Position numbers and translations under genes: made by a program. From a bacterium (lineage in GTDB: Bacteria > Krumholzibacteriota > Krumholzibacteriia > G020349025): a stretch of DNA of 64,000 nt. The stretch spans positions 32,001-96,000 of the forward strand of contig JANLSU010000081.1 of the NCBI GenBank assembly GCA_031362565.1, written 5' to 3'. The notes beneath the pieces were generated by a model. It had not been told where the DNA came from. It saw nothing but the letters and a program-made list of their open reading frames with translations, and ran no database searches. This document shows positions 18,366-27,481 of the stretch, piece by piece; position 1 is the stretch's first letter, and every line of letters begins with the position of its first letter.

Positions 18366-20165
18366 CTAGTGCGAGCCCACAGCGCTGCTCAGCAATTGCA
18401 GGCCGTCCTTGGCGTCCTTGTTGTTCGGGTCGAGCTTCAACGCACGTTGCAAAGCTTCGCGCGCGTCGGAGTGCTTCCCGGAGTTCAAGAGCGCTTGCCC
18501 CAACCAGACCCAGCCATCCACGTCGTCAGGTTCTGCTGCCGTGGCTGCGGTCAAAAGCTGGATCGCGTCAGTGTACTTCTCGAGCAACAAGAATATAAGC
18601 CCCTTGCCCCGCATGGCCTCGACACTCTTGGGGTCCAGGGCCAGGGCACGGTCGAAGGCCTTGCTGGCGGCGGCAGTCGAGTCGGCCGAAAGGGCGGTCC
18701 CGAACGCCACCCACACCGGGACGGAATTGGGCGCCAAAACCGTCGCCTGGCGGTAGGCCGCGAGGGCCTCCTGCTTCTTGCCCATGCCGAGCAGGATGTT
18801 GGCCTTGTTCATGACCGATAGGACGTGCTTTGGGTCCATCTCGAGCTTCTTGTCGAAGGCCTGCAACGCCCCCGGCATGTTCTTGGCGCCCATTTCGATG
18901 AGACCACGCACGTAGTACACGTCGGAGTTGGCGGGATCGCGCTCCGCGGCCTGGTCTAAGAAGACCTTGGCCTCGTCGGCGCGCTTCGCCTTGACGAGGG
19001 CGCGCGCCACGCCGACGAGATCGGCGGCCGGCGCTTCGGTCTGGACGTCGACGTCCTGATAGAGCGGCAACGATTTGTCGAGCATGTCGCCGGCGGCATA
19101 AGCGCGGGCCAGTGCCACCTTGGCTTCAATCGAGGCATTCTCCTGCAGTGCCGCCTCGAGCAGCGGAATCGCTTCGAGCGGCTTGGCGGTGCGCGTCAAC
19201 GCCGTGCCCAAATCGAGGCGCGATTGATAGGTCGGCTTCTGCTGTACAGCGCGCGACAGGACTTCGGCGGCCTGGGCGGAGCGCCGGGTGTCGAGCAAGT
19301 ACAAGTGCCCGACGGCGGCGAGCGCCGGCGTGAATGTCGAGTCCGACGCCAGTACCTTTTGATACAGCTTGAGCGCGTCGTTGTAGTTCTTCTGCTTTTC
19401 GGCGGCGCGTCCCATGCGGAAGGTGAGCAGCGGGCTCGAGCCCGTCTTCTGCTCGGCCTGCTGCAGCACGATGGCCGCCTGGCTCCACTGGTTGGTGGCT
19501 TCGTACATCGCCGCCAGATTCATCGTGTGTTCGATGGTGTTGGGAGCGAGTGCCCGCGCCTTGATAAAGCTCGTAGCCGCGCCATCGGCATCGTTCTCGG
19601 CGAGAGCGACGCGGCCCATGCCGGCCTCGAACAGGTCGCGCCGGTCGGCGCGGCCCTTCAGGCCTTTGCCCTTTTCGAACTGTTTGAAGGCGGCTTCGTG
19701 CTGGCCCTTGGTGACGAGCACGCTGCCGAGCGCGTAGTTCGCGAGCCATGAACCCTTGTCGGATGCAACGGCCAGATTCGCCAGCGTTTCGGCGCCGGCG
19801 AGGTCGTCTTCGCCGAGCGCCACGAGCGCCAGGCCGGCCTGGGCTTCGCCGTCGGCGCCACCCAAATCCTTGGCCTTTTGGTATGCCGCTTTGGCCTTCT
19901 TCAGATCGCCACGGCGCCACGCGGCTTCCGCCAAGATGAGGTGCGTATCCGTCACCTCGGGGTCCAGCGCCAACGCTTTGGTTGCCTCGCGGTCGGCGAC
20001 CAGCAAGCTGTCCTGTGCTAGCGCACTTTGAGCCGGAAACAGCTGCCGTTTGACATCCGCGTTCGGGGTGTGGCCTGCCCACGCGCTCGAGAACGCCAAC
20101 ACGCTCGACAGTCCGAGAACCAGAGCTCCCGAACGGCAATCGCGGCTCGACGTCAAATTCAACAC
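18366..20165 (-). CDS. secreted tetratricopeptide-repeat protein
   Basis: AGGAG RBS then GTG 20165; signal-like N-terminus (...LAFSSAWA); many TPR-like repeats ending ALKLDPNN. Confidence 0.85.
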   Translation of the reverse strand: MLNLTSSRDCRSGALVLGLSSVLAFSSAWAGHTPNADVKRQLFPAQSALAQDSLLVADREATKALALDPEVTDTHLILAEAAWRRGDLKKAKAAYQKAKDLGGADGEAQAGLALVALGEDDLAGAETLANLAVASDKGSWLANYALGSVLVTKGQHEAAFKQFEKGKGLKGRADRRDLFEAGMGRVALAENDADGAATSFIKARALAPNTIEHTMNLAAMYEATNQWSQAAIVLQQAEQKTGSSPLLTFRMGRAAEKQKNYNDALKLYQKVLASDSTFTPALAAVGHLYLLDTRRSAQAAEVLSRAVQQKPTYQSRLDLGTALTRTAKPLEAIPLLEAALQENASIEAKVALARAYAAGDMLDKSLPLYQDVDVQTEAPAADLVGVARALVKAKRADEAKVFLDQAAERDPANSDVYYVRGLIEMGAKNMPGALQAFDKKLEMDPKHVLSVMNKANILLGMGKKQEALAAYRQATVLAPNSVPVWVAFGTALSADSTAAASKAFDRALALDPKSVEAMRGKGLIFLLLEKYTDAIQLLTAATAAEPDDVDGWVWLGQALLNSGKHSDAREALQRALKLDPNNKDAKDGLQLLSSAVGSH

Positions 20166-20421
20166 CGGCTGTCTCCTGCTGTTGAAGCCCTTGGCCCCGC
20201 ACCAATCCGGAACGAGGCAGGGGGACGAATCCCCCGAAGCATGTACCCGTGACGCGCCGCTTCGATTCCGTGGGGCCCCCGGGGCCCGTTCCACGGCCAG
20301 CCGGGGAAGGGGTGGGAGCGAAACCTGGCGCAATATAGGGGTAGGCCGGCGCCCGATGCAAGCGGGCCCGCGCCCAGCGCCGGCCCGCGGGCCTACCCCA
20401 ACCCCTTGTCACTGGCGCATC

Positions 20422-21435
20422 TTAAGTCCTGACACGCGCGCCGGCGGGGCGCACCGCCTCCCAAAGGAGCGGCAGCGACCGGTCGAACCGGTACGAGACA
20501 TCCATATGGCCGTCGTCGAACTCCTCATGCGTGTGGCGCACGCCAAGGCTTTGGAGCCGGGCGGACATCTGCCGGGCGCCCCACTGCAAGTTGAACTCGT
20601 CGCGGCGGCCGCAATCCAGGAACACCAGGCGGGCTCGCCGCAGCCTTGCGGCCGCATGTGGTACGAGCCGCAGCGGATCGTAGGCCAGCCAACGGCGCCA
20701 AACGTCGGGCCGCGGGGCGCCGCTCTGCGGCTCGAACGGCAGGTCGAACCCGAATGGCTTGCGGCGTGGGTTGGGCGCGTAACACGCCGCCATCGCGAAC
20801 ATGTTCATCGCCTCGATGAGATCGTGCGTCTTGCGCGGCGCCGCCGCGAAGGCACGCAAGAAGCCGCGTTCACCGCCGTGCTTTTCCAACTGCACGAGCA
20901 ACTTCGGGAAATCCGGGAAGTAGCAATATTCGAATGCCATGTCGCCGCTATGCGAGGCGAAGGCACTGAAAAGATCGGGGCGCTGCATGCCGTGCAAGAA
21001 GGCGCCGTAGCCGCCGCTCGACTTGCCGAACACGCCGCGATGGCGCGCCGTGGGCAAGGTGCGAAAGGTGCGATCGACGAACGGGATGATTTCGTCCAGG
21101 AGATAATCGGCGTAACGCCCGACGGCACTCGAATTGATGTACTGGCTGCCGCCATAGCGCGTGAAGCAATCCGGAAACACGACAATCATTGGGCCGATCC
21201 GGCCTGCGGCCTGCAACCGGTCGAGACGCGCGTCGAGCGGCTCACCCCAGCCGGAAGGATTCAAGAGCTGCACGCCGCGCCCGGTGAAACCGGCGAGCGC
21301 GTACAAGACGGGATAGCGCGCGTTCGATGTCGCGTAACCGGGCGGCACGTACACCGGCAACGACCGTTGGCTCGGGTCGCGGAGCGGATTGCCGCGCAGG
21401 ACTCGGCTCGCGAGCGTCGTGTAGACGACCGGCAT
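20422..21435 (-). CDS. alpha/beta-hydrolase esterase (enterochelin-esterase-like)
   Basis: VYVPPGY, YPVLY.L.G, GKSSGG nucleophile motif, DCG..DEF, GH. Confidence 0.85.
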   Translation of the reverse strand: MPVVYTTLASRVLRGNPLRDPSQRSLPVYVPPGYATSNARYPVLYALAGFTGRGVQLLNPSGWGEPLDARLDRLQAAGRIGPMIVVFPDCFTRYGGSQYINSSAVGRYADYLLDEIIPFVDRTFRTLPTARHRGVFGKSSGGYGAFLHGMQRPDLFSAFASHSGDMAFEYCYFPDFPKLLVQLEKHGGERGFLRAFAAAPRKTHDLIEAMNMFAMAACYAPNPRRKPFGFDLPFEPQSGAPRPDVWRRWLAYDPLRLVPHAAARLRRARLVFLDCGRRDEFNLQWGARQMSARLQSLGVRHTHEEFDDGHMDVSYRFDRSLPLLWEAVRPAGARVRT

Positions 21436-21440
21436 GGCGG

Positions 21441-22766
21441 TTACCGTCCCGCGACGGGTTCACGCCGCGCGTCGAAGACCACGTGGCCGCCTTGCAAGAC
21501 AAGGACCGGGTGGCACAACACGGAGATATCGGCGAGCGGATCGCCGCTGACCGCCACCAAGTCGGCCTGCTTGCCGGCCTCGACGGTGCCGATTTCTTTT
21601 TCGAGTCCGAGCAGATCGGCGGCGTTGTGGGTCCCGGCTTGGATCGCCGCCATCGGCGTCATGCCTTCCCGCACCATGAGCACGAATTCCTCGCCGTTCG
21701 TGCCATGACGCCCGACGCCCGCATCGGTGCCAAGAGCGATTTTGACGCCGGCCTGCACGGCCTTCTTAAAACTCGCCCGCATCTTGGGAGCGATGGTGCG
21801 TGCCTTGTCGACCGCCCAGATTGGCAGCGTGCCCTTGTCGGCTGCGGCGAGCACATTCTCGGCCGCCGAAAGCGTCGGCACCAAGTAGGTGCCCTTGGCT
21901 TTCATGAGCCGGATGGCTTCGTCGTCCAGCATCGAACCGTGCTCGATACTCGCGACGCCGGCCCGGATCGCCGCCTTGATGCCCTCGGTGCCGTGCGCGT
22001 GCGCCGCCACCCGGCGGCCGCCGCGAGTCGCTTCCTCGACGACGGCGCGCAGTTCTTCCTCGGTCAATTGCTGGGCGCCAACGGCGTCACCTTGCGACAA
22101 CACGCCGCCCGTGGCGCAGACCTTGATGACGTCGGCGCCGTATTTTTCCGCATAGCGCACCGCGGCGCGTGCTTCGTCGGGGCTGTTGACGATGCCGTCG
22201 CGCCAATCGGGCTCGTGGTCGAAGATGCCGGGCCGGAAGCCGTTCAAGTCGCAATGGCCGCCGGTGATCCCGATGGCATGGGTGGCGACCAGCAGGCGCG
22301 GTCCTACGACCAGGCCGGCGCGAATCGCGTTGCGCAATCCAACATCCGCGAAATCCGCCGCACCGACGTTGCGCACCGTCGTGAATCCGGCTTCGAGCGT
22401 CCGCCGTGCATAGGTCGTGGCAATAGCCGCGGCCTCGGTCGGCAGTTGGCGCACCTCGCGATTCGCCCAGTCGCCGTCCATTTGCATCGTCAAGTGCACG
22501 TGGCAATCCACGAAGCCGGGCAGCACGGTGAGGTCGCCGAGGTCGAGCCGCTCGGTGCCGGCCGGCGCGTCGACATGCGAAGCGATCGCCGCGATGCGGC
22601 CGTCGCGCAGCAGCAGTTCGACGTCGCGGCGCGGCGCCGTGCCGGTGCCGTCGACGAGCACGCCGACGTGCAGTACGAGCGGCGGCGTTTCGGTGCCCGA
22701 TGCCGGTTGAGCCGCCGCGATCGCCGTGCCGGCGAGGGCGGCGAACAAGGCGCGTCGAATGCCCAC
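21441..22766 (-). CDS. secreted metal-dependent amidohydrolase (Xaa-Pro dipeptidase-like)
   Basis: PGFVDCHVH, GFTTVR, IK.CATGG, AHAHG, IEHG, GTD; GTG start with GGGAGG RBS. Confidence 0.88.
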   Translation of the reverse strand: MGIRRALFAALAGTAIAAAQPASGTETPPLVLHVGVLVDGTGTAPRRDVELLLRDGRIAAIASHVDAPAGTERLDLGDLTVLPGFVDCHVHLTMQMDGDWANREVRQLPTEAAAIATTYARRTLEAGFTTVRNVGAADFADVGLRNAIRAGLVVGPRLLVATHAIGITGGHCDLNGFRPGIFDHEPDWRDGIVNSPDEARAAVRYAEKYGADVIKVCATGGVLSQGDAVGAQQLTEEELRAVVEEATRGGRRVAAHAHGTEGIKAAIRAGVASIEHGSMLDDEAIRLMKAKGTYLVPTLSAAENVLAAADKGTLPIWAVDKARTIAPKMRASFKKAVQAGVKIALGTDAGVGRHGTNGEEFVLMVREGMTPMAAIQAGTHNAADLLGLEKEIGTVEAGKQADLVAVSGDPLADISVLCHPVLVLQGGHVVFDARREPVAGR

Positions 22767-22836
22767 GAGGTCCTCCCGTTCGACAAGGAAACGCCATGCT
22801 ACGCTCGCGCCCGAGCGCCGCGCAACCGCACCCACG

Positions 22837-22866
22837 TTGACCTTGGCGCGGCAAGCCCACTACAAT
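22837..22866 (+). promoter_or_regulatory. sigma70-type promoter of the YitJ-like gene
   Basis: TTGACC-18 bp-TACAAT. Confidence 0.55.
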
Positions 22867-22913
22867 CACGGCGGCTTGATTCGTAGCACTCCCACCGAGC
22901 GAGGAGCCTTCCG

Positions 22914-24809
22914 GTGACGCCCGAACTGCTCGAGCGCCTGACGCGCGACGTTCTCGTCGCCGATGGAGCCATGGGCTCGATGATCGCGCGCGGGCTCCCC
23001 GAGGAGAGACCGGCGGCGATTGCACGCACCCTCCTCGAGGTCAACCTGACCAACCCCGAGATCGTGCACAACGTGCACCTGCAATACATCGCCGCCGGCG
23101 CCGATCTCATCGAGACCAACACCTTCGGCGCCAGCCACGCGCGCCTCGACCGGCTTGGGTTGGGCGAGTTGGCGGCGAAGATCGTTTCGGAAGCGGTCAA
23201 GATCGCGCGCGAAGCCCGCGACGCGAGCGGCCGGGCGGTGACGATCGCCGGCGCCGTGAGCCCGCTCGATGCCGATTGGATTCTCGATACGAATCCCGAC
23301 GCCCGTGCGCAGGCGTATGAATTCGAAGCCCAAACGACGTTGCTCCTCGACCGCGGCGTCGAACTCGTGGTGCTCGAGACGTTCTCGCGCTTGCCGGATC
23401 TCCTGCTGGCGATCGACGCCGTGCGGCGGGTGAGCCGCACGATTCCGATCGTCGCGCAGATGAGTTTCGACGAGCGCGGCATGCTGGCCTCGGGTGAGGC
23501 GGCGGAAGTCGCGGCGCGGCGTGTCACCACCGCCGGCGGCGTGCAGATGTTGGGGGTCAACTGCAGCCTGGGCCCGCAAGCGAGCTTGGCGGTGCTGGAA
23601 CAGCTGGCGCGCGGCACGACGCTTCCCTTGTCGATCATGCCCAACGCCGGATTCGCCCAGCGCCTCGGCGGCCGGGTGCTGTATCCGGACATGTCGGCCG
23701 GCTACTACGCCAACTTCGCGCGCGACGCGCGCGACATCGGGGCGCGCTTGGTGGGTGGCTGTTGCGGCACGACGCCACGCCAGATCGCCGCCATTGTCGA
23801 AGCACTGCATGCACCGCAAGTGGCGCCCACGGAAGGGTCGGCGCGGCCGCGGGTGCGGGCCCGTGAGCGCGCCGAACTCGTCGACGAGGACATGCCCGGG
23901 CTGCCGGCGGTCCAACCTTCGGGACTGGCGCTGCGTTTGCGGGCGGGAGCCTTCGTGCGCAGCCTGCAGATCGATCCGCAGCGCGGACCGTACGACGCCG
24001 CCAACCGCAAAGTGATCGACGCCTTGCTGGGGCGGGACCTCGTGCACCTCATCGACATCAACAGCTCGGGCGCGAGTTCGCGGCAGGATTCACTGCAAGT
24101 GGCGGCCGGCGTCGAATCGCTCGGGATCGAAACCCTGGCGCACATCACGCCACGCGACGCGAGCGTCGCCGGCATGCTGTCGCAGGTTTTGGGAGCCTAC
24201 GATTGGGGTGGCGTGCACAACGTGCTCGTCATTGCCGGCGATCCACCGAAGGGCGATCTGTACGCCGAAGCGAAGGGGGTGTATCAGGTCGACGCCATCG
24301 GTCTGGTGCGCGCCCTGCACGCGTTGCGCAGCGGCCAGCGCGTCAACGAACGCATGACCATGCCGCCGTTTCCGCTCACCATCGGTGTCGCACTCAACCA
24401 AAACGCCCCCGACTTGGATGCGGAGTTGGCGCGGCTCGAAGCCAAGATCGCGGCCGGTGCCGACTACGTGATGACGCAGCCGTTCTTCGCGCCCGAGGAT
24501 TGGGAGCGGTTCCGCGTCCATTTGCGCCCCTACTCGATTCCCGTGCTGTTGGGCGTGTGGCCGCTCACGAGTTACCGGCAAGCATGCCGCGTCAATGAAA
24601 ACGTCGCCGGCGTCGTCGTGCCGGAGGCGGTACTCCGGCAATTGGAAGGCGCCGGTGCCGACGAGCGCGAAGTCGGCTTCCGGCTCGCGACCGACCTGCT
24701 CGTGGCACTCGAGCGCGACAAGAGCGCCGCCGGTGCGTACGTCGTCGCGCCGTTCAAACAGCCCGTGCAAGCGCTCGAGATCTTCGAGCGTGCCGCTGCA
24801 TTGCTCTGA
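22914..24809 (+). CDS. bifunctional homocysteine S-methyltransferase / methylenetetrahydrofolate reductase-like (YitJ-type)
   Basis: DGAMGS, AGAD.IETNTFGA, GVNC and GGCCG Zn ligands; C-terminal MTHFR-like H.T.RD, GDPP, K..AGAD...TQP. Confidence 0.88.
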   Translation: MTPELLERLTRDVLVADGAMGSMIARGLPEERPAAIARTLLEVNLTNPEIVHNVHLQYIAAGADLIETNTFGASHARLDRLGLGELAAKIVSEAVKIAREARDASGRAVTIAGAVSPLDADWILDTNPDARAQAYEFEAQTTLLLDRGVELVVLETFSRLPDLLLAIDAVRRVSRTIPIVAQMSFDERGMLASGEAAEVAARRVTTAGGVQMLGVNCSLGPQASLAVLEQLARGTTLPLSIMPNAGFAQRLGGRVLYPDMSAGYYANFARDARDIGARLVGGCCGTTPRQIAAIVEALHAPQVAPTEGSARPRVRARERAELVDEDMPGLPAVQPSGLALRLRAGAFVRSLQIDPQRGPYDAANRKVIDALLGRDLVHLIDINSSGASSRQDSLQVAAGVESLGIETLAHITPRDASVAGMLSQVLGAYDWGGVHNVLVIAGDPPKGDLYAEAKGVYQVDAIGLVRALHALRSGQRVNERMTMPPFPLTIGVALNQNAPDLDAELARLEAKIAAGADYVMTQPFFAPEDWERFRVHLRPYSIPVLLGVWPLTSYRQACRVNENVAGVVVPEAVLRQLEGAGADEREVGFRLATDLLVALERDKSAAGAYVVAPFKQPVQALEIFERAAALL

Positions 24810-25032
24810 GCGCCCTCCCGGACCGCCTGGACTTACGCAACAGTACGCACCGGCCCCGTTAGACACTGTCTCGATCGAGACACTGCCATCCAATCGGCTG
24901 TAGTTGTCGCGCCCGCCGTGACATTTCGCTTATGATGGCGCCGCATCGCGCTCGGAAAATTTGTCATGGCGGCCCACGTTGCGCCCCTCGTTTCGTGGGT
25001 TGTCACTCGAACGTGCGGAAAGAGGTGCGGCT

Positions 25033-25686
25033 TTGGAGGAGCTGCGGGCGGTGCTTTTCGACATGGACGGAGTCCTGCTCGAAAGCGAAGAGGCCTGGTT
25101 TCGTCTCTTGAATGCCGCGGCGCGGCATTTTAGGAAAGCGGATATCGAACGGGATCGTTTCAAAGCGAGCTGGGGACAAGGAGTCGAGGCCGACGTGCGC
25201 GACTTCTTTCCGGGCTGTGCACTGGCCGAAGTCGAGAGGTTCTACGAGGACCATCTACTCGACTTCGGTGAACATGTGCGCGCCGACGCGACAGCGCGCG
25301 ACACCTTGATGAAATTGCGCGGCCCGAGCCTGCCGGGAGATCTGAGTGCGCCCCGCCGCGACGGCGTGCTGCGCGGCGTGATCACCAACACCCCGACGTT
25401 CCTGGCGCGCGACATGCTCGCGTGGACCGGGCTCATTGGTTTCATCGACGTCACCATCGGCCCCGGCAATGGTGTACGCTCGAAGCCGGATCCCGATATC
25501 GTGCTGCAGGCCTGCAAGCAGCTCGACGTCGAGCCGCGGCACGCTGTCGTCGTCGGCGATTCCATCTTCGACGAGAAGGCCGCCCAAGCAGCGCAAACGC
25601 AGTTCTTGGGATTCCGCATGGCAGCCAAGCAGTCGGTGCAGTCGCTGGCCGACGTCGTGCGCTGGGTGGAGCGATTGCGCTCCTGA
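25033..25686 (+). CDS. HAD-superfamily hydrolase
   Basis: FDMDGVL, ITN, KPDPD, VVGDS.FD; start uncertain (TTG 25033 after GAGG). Confidence 0.85.
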   Translation: MEELRAVLFDMDGVLLESEEAWFRLLNAAARHFRKADIERDRFKASWGQGVEADVRDFFPGCALAEVERFYEDHLLDFGEHVRADATARDTLMKLRGPSLPGDLSAPRRDGVLRGVITNTPTFLARDMLAWTGLIGFIDVTIGPGNGVRSKPDPDIVLQACKQLDVEPRHAVVVGDSIFDEKAAQAAQTQFLGFRMAAKQSVQSLADVVRWVERLRS

Positions 25687-25695
25687 AAACGGATC

Positions 25696-27459
25696 ATGCG
25701 CCTCAAGTGGAAGCTGCGACTCTACTACGGGGCGCTCCTCGTAGTGCTCCTGGGACTCGTCGGCGCGGCCATCACCGGCCTCGTGCTGCGCGAGTTCGAG
25801 CACGAACGAGAGCGGTCTGAATCCGAGGCGGCGCACTTCGCGCGCCGGCTCGTCGAAGAACAGCGCGCGGCCATCGACTCCGCGGTGGCGCGCGCGGCGC
25901 ACGACCCCGAGTTGCTCAATCTCGCCCGCCGCGACCTGGCGCGATCGCGCGACGAAACGCTCGTCGAGTGGTTGCCGCATGCACCGCGCCTCGCCCAGCA
26001 ACACGGCCTGCCACTGCTCAAGATTCTCGATGCCGAAGGCCGCATCCTGTCGAATGCGCATTGGCCGGCGGCATACAACGTCACCGACACGCCGGGCTTG
26101 ATTCTGGCCTGCGAAGCCGCGACCGGTGCCCGCTTGGTGCATGAGCGGGACGCCAACGGCGAATTCTTGGCGCTCGAGGCGCCCTGCTGGCTAGCGCCGG
26201 GGCGGCGCTTTGTGGTCGTGGGCGGGGTGCGCGCCGATTCAGCGTTCGTGCACGATTTGGCGGCCCGCGCCGGGGTGCCGCTGACGCTCGCCATGCGCGA
26301 CAGTTCGGCACGCGAGGCCTTTCCCATGGCCCCGCCCCAGCCCGTCGTGCCAACGGGGCGGATCGCGCGCGGCCTCGATCTGCTGCGCGCGGCGGCGAGC
26401 GACATCCGCACCTCGCACTTGGAATGGGTGCCGATTCCCACCTCGCCGCTCGACGCCGAGGGCGGGGTGCGCTTGCGGCTCGACCGAACCGGCCTCTTCG
26501 ATTTGCAGCGCCGGCTGGTGCAGATCTTTGCCGCCGCGGCGATCTTGGGCGGGCTCGTGGCATGGCTGCTCGGTTGGTGGGTTTCGAGCCGCGTCACCGG
26601 GCCCCTCGAACGCTTGGCGGACGGCGTTGCGGTACTGGCCGAAGGGCGTACCCCGCCGCTCATTCGCGCCGAGGGTTCGGCCGAGGTGCGCGACCTCGTG
26701 GCCAGCTTCAACCGCATGGCGGAAAACCTCGCCGAGAGCCGCGAGCGGCTGCGGCGCGCCGAACGCATCGCGGCCTGGCGCGAGGTGGCCCGGCGCGTCG
26801 CGCACGAGATCAAGAACGCCCTGGCACCGATTCAAATCTCGGTCGAAAACGTCGCCCGCAGCCTGCACACCGGCAAGGGCGACTTGCGGGCCCTGGTGGA
26901 CGAGAGCGCCACGACGGTGCGCGGCGAGGTCGAGGCGCTGACGCGTTTGGTGAACGCCTTCAACGAAATGGCGCGGCTGCCCGATCCCGAGATGGCACCG
27001 TGCCGGCTCACCGAAACCTGGGAACGGGCCGCGGCACCGTTTCGGGACGTGCTGACGCTCTCGGCAGGCGGCCTCGAGGCCATGCCACGGCTTTTGTACG
27101 ACGATGACCAAGTGCGCCGCGCGCTGCACAATTTGCTTTTGAACGCCCAGGAGGCCGGCGCGGTCTGTGTCGTGCTGCGGGCCCAGGCGACGGCCCGCGG
27201 CTGGGATGTGACGCTTGCCGACGATGGGCCGGGCATTGCGCCGGACGACCAGGGGCGCATCTTCGAGCCCTATTTCACCCGGAAACCGGAAGGCACCGGG
27301 TTGGGGCTCGCGATCGTGTACAAGATTTGCACGGACCATGGCTGGGCCGTGACTGCGCGCTCGCCGGCGGGCGCCGGCGGAGTCGCCGGGGCGACCGCAC
27401 CCGGCACCGTTTTCGCCATCGCCATTCCGGCGCGGGCGGCGGCGGCGCCGGACGCGTGA
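25696..27459 (+). CDS. HAMP-domain sensor histidine kinase (NtrY-like)
   Basis: Two TMs, HAMP, AWREVARRVAHEIKN H-box, NLL.NA, DDGPG, FEPYFT.K..GTGLGL. Confidence 0.92.
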   Translation: MRLKWKLRLYYGALLVVLLGLVGAAITGLVLREFEHERERSESEAAHFARRLVEEQRAAIDSAVARAAHDPELLNLARRDLARSRDETLVEWLPHAPRLAQQHGLPLLKILDAEGRILSNAHWPAAYNVTDTPGLILACEAATGARLVHERDANGEFLALEAPCWLAPGRRFVVVGGVRADSAFVHDLAARAGVPLTLAMRDSSAREAFPMAPPQPVVPTGRIARGLDLLRAAASDIRTSHLEWVPIPTSPLDAEGGVRLRLDRTGLFDLQRRLVQIFAAAAILGGLVAWLLGWWVSSRVTGPLERLADGVAVLAEGRTPPLIRAEGSAEVRDLVASFNRMAENLAESRERLRRAERIAAWREVARRVAHEIKNALAPIQISVENVARSLHTGKGDLRALVDESATTVRGEVEALTRLVNAFNEMARLPDPEMAPCRLTETWERAAAPFRDVLTLSAGGLEAMPRLLYDDDQVRRALHNLLLNAQEAGAVCVVLRAQATARGWDVTLADDGPGIAPDDQGRIFEPYFTRKPEGTGLGLAIVYKICTDHGWAVTARSPAGAGGVAGATAPGTVFAIAIPARAAAAPDA

Positions 27460-27481
27460 CGCATTTCGAGCTGGGAGCAAC

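Noticed and set aside
22867..22913. Expected SAM riboswitch before the methionine-synthesis gene
   Set aside because: Only about 40 nt lie between promoter and start, and no S-box core sequences are visible.
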